Source: Pseudomonadota bacterium
GTDB lineage: Bacteria; Pseudomonadota; Gammaproteobacteria; JAKAQQ01
NCBI GenBank assembly: GCA_027320085.1
Contig: DAHVLZ010000009.1
Coordinates: forward strand, 96,001 to 160,000
DNA length: 64,000 nt
Direction of reading: 5' to 3'
Made by a program: the position numbers and the translations under genes. Below, piece by piece: positions 32,245-41,785 of this stretch (the first letter of the stretch is position 1; every line of letters starts with the position of its first letter). A model generated the notes under the pieces. The model had not been told where the DNA came from and searched no databases. It was given only the letters and a program-made list of their open reading frames with translations.

Positions 32245-32295
32245 CCGGTCGACACAACTCGGCCGACCAGAATCTCAGTATAGCAAGCCGACGCA

Positions 32296-33219
32296 TCAGT
32301 CGACGAGCTGGTCAAAGCGCTCGTAATCAATTTGCCAACGTCCATCGGCTCGCCGCTCCGTGACGTCGGCGAACCAGCGGTTCCAACGCAGGTCGCCCAT
32401 CCGGTAGAGGTGCTGGGCATGGACAGCCTGGCCGAAGGTCCGGTCATGCCCGGTAAAGTTGACCAGGATAAAGGCGTCGTCATCCCCGGGATGGAAAGAC
32501 TCCGGATCAACGAAAGCAGCCAGTGGACTGTCAGGACGGATCTCGTGCATGACGAGCCAGGTCAGGGCAAACAGCGGTGTCTGCGACCTCACGAGCGGCA
32601 GCTCATGGATGCGGCGGAGTGCCCGTCCTTCCTGGCTTTTCTCGGATCGAATGAGGTAAACGCCCAGGGTCCCTCCCGTGATGAGATTATGGCGACTGTT
32701 GGCCAGACGAAACACCAAGGTCGGTGTCCCCTGGAATGGAGTAATGAGTGCATGGCGACTGAAACGGATCCGGGAAGAGGGTCGCGAAACCCGGGCAAAC
32801 ATCACACCGGTCACGAGCGCGAGCCCCATGAGGCCAATCATGGGTTCGAGAGCGGTCAGAATTTCGCTATAGCGGTCAGCCGGATACCAGAAACCCGAAC
32901 CCAGGGTCGTGAGTGTCTCGGTGCTGAAGAAAAACGCGTCCCAGAACGAGCCTTGGGCGAGATTGGCGATCCCGCCCCGATCCAGCCAGAACAACAGGCC
33001 GAACGCACAGTTGACAAGAATGTAGACACCGAACACAAACAGGAGGAACCAGCTCCAGCGGGTGGTCAATAGCCAGTAATAAAAGTCCCGGAGCCAAGTC
33101 CTCGGCTGACCCAAAACCACAACAGAAGAACGGGTCCCGAAGGGAACATCCCCGGAACCGTCATCGTCACTTTTCTTCCCCGTGGGTTGTCGGCTTCGCT
33201 TCAGTTTTTCTGTGGTCAT
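32296..33219 (-). CDS. inward-rectifier (KirBac-like) ion channel with atypical filter
   Basis: DFYYWLL slide helix, two TMs, AFFFSTETLTTLGSG, FARVSRP, PTLVFRLAN.R, WLVMHEI..DSPL, FADV. Confidence 0.9.
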   Translation of the reverse strand: MTTEKLKRSRQPTGKKSDDDGSGDVPFGTRSSVVVLGQPRTWLRDFYYWLLTTRWSWFLLFVFGVYILVNCAFGLLFWLDRGGIANLAQGSFWDAFFFSTETLTTLGSGFWYPADRYSEILTALEPMIGLMGLALVTGVMFARVSRPSSRIRFSRHALITPFQGTPTLVFRLANSRHNLITGGTLGVYLIRSEKSQEGRALRRIHELPLVRSQTPLFALTWLVMHEIRPDSPLAAFVDPESFHPGDDDAFILVNFTGHDRTFGQAVHAQHLYRMGDLRWNRWFADVTERRADGRWQIDYERFDQLVD

Positions 33220-33309
33220 GCTGGTGGACCGTATCCGCCAACGCGTCCGCCCGGGGAAAGTCCTATGCTACCATTTAGCGTTGCACAGTCACGCCAGTGC
33301 AGTCTCTCC

Positions 33310-33987
33310 ATGCTCGATTTCAACGTAACCGCGCCCCGCCATCAGATGGTGGAACAACAGATCCGGGCCGGCGGGGTGCTGGACCCAGCCGTTCTCGCGG
33401 TTTTCGACGAGATTCCCCGTCATACCTTTGTCTCCGACACATTCCAAAAACTGGCCTACGCCGATTGCGAGATTCCCCTGGATCATGGCGAAATGATGCT
33501 GACCCCCGCCTTCCAGGCCCGATTGGCTTCTGCCCTAAATCTGGCCGGGACGGAACGGATCCTCGAAATCGGCACCGGTTCAGGGTACCTGACCGCCTGT
33601 CTCGCCTGCCTCAGCCGGGAAATCACCACCGTTGACCTCCATCCGGATTTCATTCAAGCCGCCAAGCAGCGCCACCAGGCACTCGCGCTTCCCCATCCGG
33701 TCCGATACCTGGCAGCCGATGGTCATACCCTCCCTGCGGAACTCAAGGACGAACGCTTTGACGCCATTGCCTTGACCGGATCCCTGTACCGACCGGAGCC
33801 CAGTTTTTACGAGGCACTCGAAGCGGATGGACGCCTGTTCATGGTTCTCGGCTCGGACCTTGTGCAAAGCGCACACCTGATCCGACGCTTGGGCGACAGT
33901 TCCTCCTTCGAGGAGACCCGCCTGTTCGAAACCCGCATTCCTCCGCTGAAAAACGTCCCCAAACCTCCGGAGTTCAGGTTTTCCTGA
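33310..33987 (+). CDS. pcm: protein-L-isoaspartate O-methyltransferase
   Basis: RHQMVEQQIR, PRHTFV, AYAD, LEIGTGSGY, LFET; upstream of tolC. Confidence 0.9.
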   Translation: MLDFNVTAPRHQMVEQQIRAGGVLDPAVLAVFDEIPRHTFVSDTFQKLAYADCEIPLDHGEMMLTPAFQARLASALNLAGTERILEIGTGSGYLTACLACLSREITTVDLHPDFIQAAKQRHQALALPHPVRYLAADGHTLPAELKDERFDAIALTGSLYRPEPSFYEALEADGRLFMVLGSDLVQSAHLIRRLGDSSSFEETRLFETRIPPLKNVPKPPEFRFS

Positions 33988-34067
33988 CGCGGGCGGTCTC
34001 TCGTGCCCCAACTTTCCCGACTTGATGTATACTGATATACTCCAGTAAAACGCCTGAGGTTCATCCG

Positions 34068-35468
34068 ATGCGATCGCGCTTTGCCCTGCTCGTCCTCTTT
34101 CCGGTTGTCGTGCTCATGCTCGGCCTGAGCCCAGCCGGACGGACCATGGATCTCTGGACGATCTACCAGTTGGCTCTGCACAACGACCCCCAGTACCAGC
34201 AGGCCCTCGCCACCGCCAAGGCGAGCGAGGAGGCACGTCCACAGGCTCTGGCCGCTCTCCTGCCGCAGGTGAGCCTATCCGCCTCCCTGACCCAGGTCAA
34301 CACGGACTCGACCCGGGTTTCGAGTTTTTCTATTCCCGGCAACAAGTTCGCTTACTTCACCGGGTTGAGTTCCTCAAACACTCCCACCCGGGCTTACACC
34401 GCGCAACTCACCGAAACCCTGTTCAACTGGGCCGACTGGCAGTCACTGGATGAGGCGGATCTGACCGGGGCTCAAGCCTTGGCCACCCTCAACGCCACCA
34501 TCCAAAGCATCCTCCTCACCGTGAGCCAGGATTACTTCAATGTGCTTTACGCCGCAGACGTCCTCGCGGCACAACGGGCTGCGGAAAAAGCCTTCGCCAG
34601 CCAGCTCGCCCTGGCGGAAGAACAGTACAAGGTGGGACTGCAACCGGTGACAGCGGCAGAACAGGCACGGGCATCCTATGATCAGGCCGCAGCCCAAGTC
34701 ATTGCCGACGAACTCAGCCTGACGACTGCCAAACAGGCACTCGAGGCCCTGATCGGCGTGCCCGTCGTCCATTTGCGTCCACTCGTCCACGAGCTGCCAC
34801 TCGCCCGACCCGAACCAGACAATCTCAACCACTGGATCAACAAGGCCCTTGCCCAGAACCCGAGCCTGATCGCAGCACGTCTCGCCGCCAAGGCCGGCCA
34901 CGCCAATGTCCGCGTCCAGCGGGCCCAAGCCTATCCCTCGCTCGATCTCGTGCTGAGCCACGGACGCAGTTTTACGACCGGCACGGCATCGCAGGCCTCA
35001 CCCACGGCTTCTCTCTCGGCACCCGCTATTTCCGGGACCAACACCAACGTGCTCGGGATCGATCTCAGCTGGCCCATCTATTCGGGCGGACTCATTGCCT
35101 CCCGGGCCCGGCAGGCGCGTTACCTGTATGAGGCAGACCTCGCCCAGAGCGCCACAACCCAGCGAACGACGGTTTCCAGTACACGGACCGATTTCCTGTC
35201 CGTGATCTCTGAGATGGCACAGGTCGGGGCGCTCAAACAGAGCGTGCGCTCGAGCCGGATCGCTCTCCGGGCGACCGAAGCGGGCTATAAGGTCGGCACC
35301 CAGACCATGGTCGACGTGCTGACAGCCCGCCAGACCCTGCTCACGGCCGAGGAAAGCTACGCCCAGAGCCGCTACAACTACCTGATCGCGGTTTTGACCC
35401 TGGACCAGGATGCCGGCACGCTCACGCCCGCGGTCATCCAGTCAATCAACCACTTCCTCCTGCATTGA
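34068..35468 (+). CDS. tolC: TolC family outer membrane channel
   Basis: Signal peptide, DLWTIYQLAL.NDP, ALLPQV, YFNVL, PIYSGG, GYKVGTQTMVDVL, SRYNYL. Confidence 0.93.
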   Translation: MRSRFALLVLFPVVVLMLGLSPAGRTMDLWTIYQLALHNDPQYQQALATAKASEEARPQALAALLPQVSLSASLTQVNTDSTRVSSFSIPGNKFAYFTGLSSSNTPTRAYTAQLTETLFNWADWQSLDEADLTGAQALATLNATIQSILLTVSQDYFNVLYAADVLAAQRAAEKAFASQLALAEEQYKVGLQPVTAAEQARASYDQAAAQVIADELSLTTAKQALEALIGVPVVHLRPLVHELPLARPEPDNLNHWINKALAQNPSLIAARLAAKAGHANVRVQRAQAYPSLDLVLSHGRSFTTGTASQASPTASLSAPAISGTNTNVLGIDLSWPIYSGGLIASRARQARYLYEADLAQSATTQRTTVSSTRTDFLSVISEMAQVGALKQSVRSSRIALRATEAGYKVGTQTMVDVLTARQTLLTAEESYAQSRYNYLIAVLTLDQDAGTLTPAVIQSINHFLLH

Positions 35469-36764
35469 GCTCCGCAAGCCCGTTTCCGCCCCGGCGGACC
35501 GGGCCTGCCGCCACCAGTCCAAAAGAACCGCCACGAGGTTATCCCGACCGTTTTTGGCCTCCGTGAGGGTCTGCAGCGCGCGCTCGGCCCGGTCAGCGCG
35601 TTCGACCGGTTGGGTCAAGAGGGTCAGGACCTCCCTTGCCAATTCTTCCGGATCGTGGATGATGGCCATGGCGTGCGCTTCGACGAGTCGATCGACTGCT
35701 TCATGGACGTTCTCATGGGAGGGCCCCATGATCACCGGGCAACCCTGTTCGATAGCCTCGATCAGGTTGTGACCGCCGAGCGGCACGAGGCTTCCCCCGA
35801 TGAAGGCGGCATCACCCGCAGCGTAGAACGCCGTCAGTTCCCCAATGGTATCCAAGACCAAGATCCCACCCGGCTCCGGCACCTGACGGAGGCTGTGACG
35901 GGCCAAGGGGAGTCTCCAGATTTCGTTTTCGGCCTGAACCGCCTCCGCCCGCTCCGGGTGGCGAGGGGCTAGAACCGCGATTGCTTGCGGTAGGTGGATC
36001 CGGACCAAATGCTGCGCTTCGAGCATCATGCGCTCTTCTCCTTCCCGAACACTGCCGGCGATCCAGGCCGGATGCCCACCCAAGGTCCCGAGACGCAGAA
36101 CCTGCCCCTTTTCGGCCGCCTCGGCCGATGGTCGCCCCCTCAGCTTCAGGTTGCCGCTCAGGCTGACCCGGCCGGAATCCACACCCAGCGCAACGAAGCG
36201 CCGGGCATGGACCGCATCCTGGGCCCAGATCCGATCCAGCCTGCGCAAGGCCGGGCCAAAAAGCGGCAGAAAGCGCTGATATCGCCCCAGCGACCGCTCG
36301 GAAATCCGACCGTTGACGATGGCCATATGGATCCCCCGGCTATGCGCCCGGTGGATGAGGGTGGGCCAGATTTCCGTCTCGATGATGATGCCGACCGCAG
36401 GCTGGAGACGATCCAGGAAGCGATCGACCCAGGCCCCGCGGTCCCACGGCAGAAAATGGACCGGAGTCGAGTTTCCAAGCGCTTTTGCGGCCTGCTCCCT
36501 CGCGGTCGCCGTAAACGTGGTCAAAACCACGGGCAGGTCCGGCTCCTGCTCGTGCAGGCCCCGGACCAGATTAAGGGCTACTTGGAGCTCGCCCAGCGAG
36601 GAGGCATGGATCCAGAAAGTAGGGCCAGACCGGGGGGGAATGCGCCCCCATCGCTCGGTCCAGGCGGGAGAGCGCCCGGTTTGTTGCCGGCCCTTGCGAG
36701 CCAGCCACCCCAGGGCAAACGGGGAGGCAACGGTCATGCAGAACCCGTAGAGGCGCTCCCACAT
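35442..36764 (-). CDS. waaA: 3-deoxy-D-manno-octulosonate transferase
   Basis: WIHASSLGE, ETEIWP, NGRIS, GNLK, PRHPER, DTIGEL, GGHNLIE. Confidence 0.95.
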   Translation of the reverse strand: MWERLYGFCMTVASPFALGWLARKGRQQTGRSPAWTERWGRIPPRSGPTFWIHASSLGELQVALNLVRGLHEQEPDLPVVLTTFTATAREQAAKALGNSTPVHFLPWDRGAWVDRFLDRLQPAVGIIIETEIWPTLIHRAHSRGIHMAIVNGRISERSLGRYQRFLPLFGPALRRLDRIWAQDAVHARRFVALGVDSGRVSLSGNLKLRGRPSAEAAEKGQVLRLGTLGGHPAWIAGSVREGEERMMLEAQHLVRIHLPQAIAVLAPRHPERAEAVQAENEIWRLPLARHSLRQVPEPGGILVLDTIGELTAFYAAGDAAFIGGSLVPLGGHNLIEAIEQGCPVIMGPSHENVHEAVDRLVEAHAMAIIHDPEELAREVLTLLTQPVERADRAERALQTLTEAKNGRDNLVAVLLDWWRQARSAGAETGLRSSMQEEVVD

Positions 36765-38198
36765 TCATTCCTCCCGCATCCGTGGTTTCCGGATCGAGTC
36801 GATGATGCGGGTGGTCGAGTGACCCTCCAGATAGGGCAAGACCTTCACAGAACCGCCCGCCTGCTCGACACAGGTCGCCCCGGCAATGGATTCCGGTTTC
36901 CAGTCTCCCCCTTTGACCAGGATGTCCGGGAGGAGCTGGCAGATCAGCCGTTCCGGTGTCTCCTCGTCGAACGACACGACCCAGTCCACCGAGCCGAGAG
37001 CCGCGAGGACCGCCATACGCTGTTCCAGGGGGATGATAGGACGCCCTGGCCCCTTGAGGGTTCGGACCGAGCGATCGGAGTTGACCGCGACGACGAGCGC
37101 ATCACCAAGGGCACGGGCCTCAGCCAGGTACCGCACATGGCCGGCATGAATGAGATCAAAGCAGCCGTTGGTCATAACCACCCGAAGCCCACGGGACCGG
37201 AAGTCGCGGACGAGACGGACCAAAGTCTCCGGGTCAACCACACCCGAGAAGGCCGGATGGACACCGGAGACCCCGAAGAGTTCGGCTGGCGTGACCTGGG
37301 CCGCACCGAGCTTGGCCACAACGATTCCAGCGGCCCGGTTCGCGAGCCGTGCCGCCTCCTCCAGTCCGGCTCCGGTGGCGAGGACCGCCCCCAGCGTAGC
37401 CGCGACCGTATCTCCGGCCCCGGTGACGTCCGCCACTTCGTGTGCCTCCGCAGGCAGAGACAGCACTTTGCCACTGGCCTCGATCAAAATCATGCCCCCT
37501 TCGCCCAGCGTGATGAGCAGGCCATCAAGCGCAAGATCGGCCCGCAGGCGCTGCCCGCGAGACTCGAGGTCGGATCTTTGCGGACAGGGCCCGGCCACTG
37601 CCTCGAACTCCGCCCGGTTCGGAGTCAATAGGGTGGCCCCGCGATATTTCGCGAAATCCCGCCCCTTGGGGTCCACGATGACCGTTTTGCCCTGCTTTTT
37701 GGCCTTCTGGATCAGATCGGCGGTCCGGTTCAAGGTCCCCTTGCCATAATCCGACACGATCAACAGCTGGCAGCGTCCGAACGCATCCGACAATTTCGAA
37801 CCCAAGGCATCATCCCAACTCTGCCGTGGCGCCTCCTCGAAGTCGAGCCGGACCAACTGTTGGTGCCGTGACAGGACTCGCAATTTGCTGATGGTTCGAA
37901 AGCCGGACTCGACAATGAGGTCCTGACGGACCCCCGACTCCTCAAGCAAACCAACAAGCCGATGGCCCTCTTCGTCGTCACCGATGACGCCGATGAGATC
38001 AGCACCACAGCCCAGGCGGGCCAGGTTGACCGCCACGTTGGCCGCGCCGCCCGGCCGTTCGTGGCGATCCGAAATCCGGACGATCGGAACCGGGGCTTCG
38101 GGAGAAATCCGTTCGGTCTCGCCGGCCCAGTAGCGGTCCAGCATGACGTCGCCCACGACGAGCACGCATGTCTTCGAAAAATCGATCCCCATGGGCAT
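36765..38198 (-). CDS. hldE: bifunctional heptose-7-phosphate kinase / heptose-1-phosphate adenylyltransferase
   Basis: [48 protein letters not shown]. Start uncertain. Confidence 0.97.
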   Translation of the reverse strand: MPMGIDFSKTCVLVVGDVMLDRYWAGETERISPEAPVPIVRISDRHERPGGAANVAVNLARLGCGADLIGVIGDDEEGHRLVGLLEESGVRQDLIVESGFRTISKLRVLSRHQQLVRLDFEEAPRQSWDDALGSKLSDAFGRCQLLIVSDYGKGTLNRTADLIQKAKKQGKTVIVDPKGRDFAKYRGATLLTPNRAEFEAVAGPCPQRSDLESRGQRLRADLALDGLLITLGEGGMILIEASGKVLSLPAEAHEVADVTGAGDTVAATLGAVLATGAGLEEAARLANRAAGIVVAKLGAAQVTPAELFGVSGVHPAFSGVVDPETLVRLVRDFRSRGLRVVMTNGCFDLIHAGHVRYLAEARALGDALVVAVNSDRSVRTLKGPGRPIIPLEQRMAVLAALGSVDWVVSFDEETPERLICQLLPDILVKGGDWKPESIAGATCVEQAGGSVKVLPYLEGHSTTRIIDSIRKPRMREE

Positions 38199-38262
38199 CC
38201 GGGAATGTGCCAAAATGCCCGGGAATCATACCACGTGCCCATTATTCAACTCACGCTGACCG

Positions 38263-39189
38263 TTGAAGGAAGCCCACACTCCGCCGGCTCTGTGGAAACC
38301 GCGGCACTGGCCCCTCTGGGCAGCTGCGGCTCTGGTGTATTCGGCAGGTCAGCTGCCCTACGCCTGTGAACCGGTTGCGGGTTCCTGCTTTGGACTGCTT
38401 TACGCCGTCCTGCAGCCACGACGGCGGGCGATCACCAGAGACAACCTGAAACGATGTTTCCCGGAGAAAACCCCTCGTGAGATCCGCCGACTCGCCCGAG
38501 CTCATTTCCGGGCACTCGGCATGGGATTTATCGAGACGGCCATGGGCTGGTGGCGATCCGATGAGCGGCTTCCACCCGTAACAATCGAGGGACTCGAGCA
38601 TCTCGAGGGGGCCTTGGCCCGCGGCCGAGGTGCATTCCTGCTCACAGGTCATTTCACCGCACTCGAGATCGGAGCCCGATTCATCAGCCGGAAAATCCCG
38701 GTTGGTGCGCTCTACCGCCCGGGTAACAACCCCGTTCTGGATCGTCTCATGCGGCAGGGAAGACAGCGGCGGACGCAGATCGCGATCCCACGGGATAATG
38801 TTCGGATGCTGCTCCACGCGCTGGCCAATAATATTCCGGTCTGGTACGCCACGGACCAGGGCTACACGGGCAAAGGGAGCGCCCAAGTCCCTTTTTTCGG
38901 GAACCTCGCACCGACACACGTAGGATTGAGCCGGCTGGCCCAGGCCAGCCGGGCGCCGGTTGTCCCGTTCTTTGTCCGGAGACTGCCGGGACGGGAGGGG
39001 TTCCGGGTCATGATCGAACCGCCCTTGACCGATTTTCCCGGCCGCGATCCCGTAGAAGATGCCAAACACGTGCACGAGCTTCTCGAGCACTACATCCGGA
39101 TGATGCCAGAGCAGTATCTCTGGAGTCATGACCGCTTCAAGGACCATCCGCGCGGGAAAACCGTCCGGACGCCCAGCCCAAGCAAATAA
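38263..39189 (+). CDS. lpxL: lipid A late acyltransferase (LpxL/LpxP family)
   Basis: PRHWPLW, NLKRCFPE, HFTALE, YRP, DQ, PEQYLW.H.RFK. Confidence 0.9.
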   Translation: MKEAHTPPALWKPRHWPLWAAAALVYSAGQLPYACEPVAGSCFGLLYAVLQPRRRAITRDNLKRCFPEKTPREIRRLARAHFRALGMGFIETAMGWWRSDERLPPVTIEGLEHLEGALARGRGAFLLTGHFTALEIGARFISRKIPVGALYRPGNNPVLDRLMRQGRQRRTQIAIPRDNVRMLLHALANNIPVWYATDQGYTGKGSAQVPFFGNLAPTHVGLSRLAQASRAPVVPFFVRRLPGREGFRVMIEPPLTDFPGRDPVEDAKHVHELLEHYIRMMPEQYLWSHDRFKDHPRGKTVRTPSPSK

Positions 39190-39228
39190 CGCAAGTTACT
39201 TGCATTTAAACCGGCTGGCGGTTACCCT
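39188..39228 (+). promoter_or_regulatory. palindromic operator overlapping a sigma70 promoter (candidate Fur-family box)
   Basis: GCAAGT-T-ACTTGC perfect palindrome at 39191-39203 overlapping TTGCAT (39200-39205)-17 nt-TACCCT (39223-39228). Confidence 0.6.
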
Positions 39229-39234
39229 GTGCCC

Positions 39235-39678
39235 ATGGCGCGTCCCTCCCAGATCCGGCCCCAGCTCGATGCTCTCCTGCGCAGCCACCGCGAGCCGCAT
39301 GCTTGGACACTCGAAGAACTCCGGCAGGCCCTGGCCCGGCTCGGGATCCACTCCAATTTCTCGTCCATTTTCCGCTCCGCCCGTCAAGCCGTCGACCAGG
39401 GGCGGTGGCAATCAGTCATGCTCGGAGACGGCAAGACCCGGTTCGAGTGGTCCGGGCATCACCATGACCACCTTTTCTGTCAATCCTGTGGGAGCCTCGA
39501 AGCGGTACCCTGCAAACTCGCCCAGTCCCTGCATCACCGGATGGAGCAGCAGACGGGGTACCGGATCCATAACCATTCGATGGTCTGGGAAGGAACCTGT
39601 CCGCGCTGCATCCGGAAACGTTCCCGCCACGGCCCCGGTAAGCCCGCCCTCCCCAGCCAAAAGCCCGATTTATGCTGA
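39235..39678 (+). CDS. Fur family metalloregulator
   Basis: wHTH-like N-terminus, HHHDHLFCQSCG and CPRC motifs. Confidence 0.88.
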   Translation: MARPSQIRPQLDALLRSHREPHAWTLEELRQALARLGIHSNFSSIFRSARQAVDQGRWQSVMLGDGKTRFEWSGHHHDHLFCQSCGSLEAVPCKLAQSLHHRMEQQTGYRIHNHSMVWEGTCPRCIRKRSRHGPGKPALPSQKPDLC

Positions 39679-40535
39679 ATCTCTGGAACCCTGGGCATCT
39701 GGCCATGGGGCTTGCCTTGCTCACAGCCTTCGCCCTCGGCATCGTTCACGGTCTCACCCCGGATGAGCATACCTGGCCCATCACCTTCAGCTATGCCATT
39801 GGCGGCTATTCCAGCCGGCGCGGACTGCGCATGGGACTCTTGTTCTCACTGGCCTTTACCCTGCAACGCGCCCTCGCCAGCGAGCTGGCTTTTCTGGGTG
39901 TGGTTTCCTTCATGGATGCAAGAACCAACTCCTGGGTCTGGCTCGCGGTCGGGACGGTCATGTGGTGGGGAGGATGGCGCATCGTCCGAACGAGGAGTCC
40001 CCACTCGCCGGCCGGTCAGGCGGGCGAGCCCGAACTCCGTGAGCCCAAGCCCTGGATGCCACTCGTTCATGGTTTTATCGCCGGCTGGGGGTTTGGTGCC
40101 TTCGCACTCATCATCTATACCGTGCTCGCTCCCGCCATGCCATCGGCAGCCTGGGGATGGGTGCCGGGTGCCCTGTTTGGCCTCGGGACCACTCTCATTC
40201 AGGCCCTAGCAGGTGCCGGCTTTGGAGGGTGGGCCGCAAGCCGCGGGCTCTCGACCGAAGACCTGCGCAAAGCCGCCCTGCGCACTGCAGGACGCACCCT
40301 CAAGTGGGGCGGAGCCGCCTTCGTTGCCGCCGCGATCTTGACCCTCCTGGTCCCGGCCACAGGGCAGTTGGCCGTCTCGACCGGAATCCGGATCCATAAC
40401 CTGGCCCACCTGGGGCTTGCTTTCCTCTTGGTGATCTTGATCGTGCTGGGCGTCGGCATGGGATCTTTCACCCTTGAGATCCGCAGGCTGCGCCCCCCCG
40501 TTCACCCTCGAATCACCCCAAGAGGTCTCCAATGA
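39672..40535 (+). CDS. putative NiCoT/UreH-like metal permease
   Basis: About 7-8 TMs; HGLTPDEH in TM1 and a second LVHG motif resemble NiCoT/UreH signatures; coupled to Fur gene. Confidence 0.6.
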   Translation: MLNLWNPGHLAMGLALLTAFALGIVHGLTPDEHTWPITFSYAIGGYSSRRGLRMGLLFSLAFTLQRALASELAFLGVVSFMDARTNSWVWLAVGTVMWWGGWRIVRTRSPHSPAGQAGEPELREPKPWMPLVHGFIAGWGFGAFALIIYTVLAPAMPSAAWGWVPGALFGLGTTLIQALAGAGFGGWAASRGLSTEDLRKAALRTAGRTLKWGGAAFVAAAILTLLVPATGQLAVSTGIRIHNLAHLGLAFLLVILIVLGVGMGSFTLEIRRLRPPVHPRITPRGLQ

Positions 40536-41389
40536 ACCCGGAAAGAACCCCGAGATCCCGGCTCCACTCCGTCTTCCGAACGCTGGCCTTGGGCTTGCTG
40601 GGACTGGGAGCGCTGGCCGGATCGGTCCGTGCCGACGGACGACTTCTCGAGCGGGCCCCCGCGTCCAACCCGTGCGTCGGACGTTATGCCTTGCTGGCCG
40701 TGCTCGATCGGCCGACCGTGGCGGACAGCAGTTGCGTCGTCCGACCGGGCCACGTGGTCATCGAGGCCGGTTACGCCCACGCGACCCTCTACCCCTCCGG
40801 TAGCGGACATGGCTGGGATGCCCCTCAGATGGAAGTCCGGTTCGGACTGCCTCACGAGAACGAACTGGTTGTCCTGCCACCCAACCGGGTAGCCGCCCCC
40901 GGTGCCGATGGCTACACGGGCTCGGTCGTCGGGCTCAAGCATGAGTTCGATGTCTCAACGACCTGGCAGTTCGCCGCGGAAAGCCTGGTGACCCTCCCTT
41001 CCGGGGATCCCAATCAGGGGAGCGCGGGGACCGGTGTCGCAATCAACGGCGTCGCGAGTTACAGCCCCTCCTCGACCGTCGGGCTGTCTCTCATGGCCGG
41101 TTTTACGTCGGAAACCGAGCCCTCAAACCTCGGGGGCGGCCGCTACACGAGCTTCAATCCCGATGGCGTCGTGACCTGGGAATTCCTGCCGCCTTGGCAG
41201 CTTTACTTCGAGGTGTACGGGGCCACTCATACCGGCGTGGGACAAGGGAGCGGTTACGATGCCGATGGAGGGGTCCAGATCCTGCTCAGCCGCAACATGG
41301 AGATCGATTTCGAGGCGGGCACCCGGCTCTCGGGGAACCTGGGTGGTTACTCCCACTATGTCGGTGCCGGACTCGGTCTCGAGTTCTGA
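40532..41389 (+). CDS. putative outer-membrane beta-barrel channel (Phenol_MetA_deg/transporter-like)
   Basis: Signal peptide, DRP motif, alternating beta strands, C-terminal GLGLEF. Confidence 0.7.
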   Translation: MNPERTPRSRLHSVFRTLALGLLGLGALAGSVRADGRLLERAPASNPCVGRYALLAVLDRPTVADSSCVVRPGHVVIEAGYAHATLYPSGSGHGWDAPQMEVRFGLPHENELVVLPPNRVAAPGADGYTGSVVGLKHEFDVSTTWQFAAESLVTLPSGDPNQGSAGTGVAINGVASYSPSSTVGLSLMAGFTSETEPSNLGGGRYTSFNPDGVVTWEFLPPWQLYFEVYGATHTGVGQGSGYDADGGVQILLSRNMEIDFEAGTRLSGNLGGYSHYVGAGLGLEF

Positions 41390-41423
41390 GCCGCCCGCTC
41401 GGCATCGAACCTGCCCTCGGGCC

Positions 41424-41451
41424 TTGACAGCGGCCGATCCGAGATTAGAAT
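41424..41451 (+). promoter_or_regulatory. sigma70 promoter
   Basis: TTGACA (41424-41429), 16 nt spacer, TAGAAT (41446-41451). Confidence 0.8.
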
Positions 41452-41457
41452 TCCCGC

Positions 41458-41785
41458 TGTCCCGGCCACTAGGGAGACCCATGGGCAGTAGCCGCCCTCA
41501 TCACCTCCGGAGTGGCTCGGTGCGATCCCGCAAGCGGTTCTTCTGACCGTGGGCGGTGCGCTCGCACCAGCCACGGCAAACGAAACCGCGCCATCAGGCC
41601 AGGGTTGGACCAACCCCCACGAGGGTGGTACACGCGGCTTCACCATCCGGAAATTCCCGAAAACCCATCCCGCCTGCCACTCTCGGGTGCCGGGGTACCG
41701 GGGGTGGGTAGGTGCGCTGCCCGGAGACGTGCCATGACGGCCATGATTCACAGACGGGTGCCGCTGCGGACCCGGAGGAAAGGCG
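41458..41785 (+). promoter_or_regulatory. long structured 5' leader with uORF (candidate attenuator)
   Basis: SD-led 21 aa uORF 41481-41546, hairpins at 41547-41576, 41602-41616 and 41663-41709, alternative pairings. Confidence 0.6.

Noticed and set aside
34030-34047. LexA box upstream of tolC
   Set aside because: CTG-N8-CAG rather than the required CTG-N10-CAG.
41470-41600. yybP-ykoY or M-box riboswitch
   Set aside because: Only a partial resemblance (GCAGTAGCC); the other conserved elements were not found, so it is reported as an unnamed leader.
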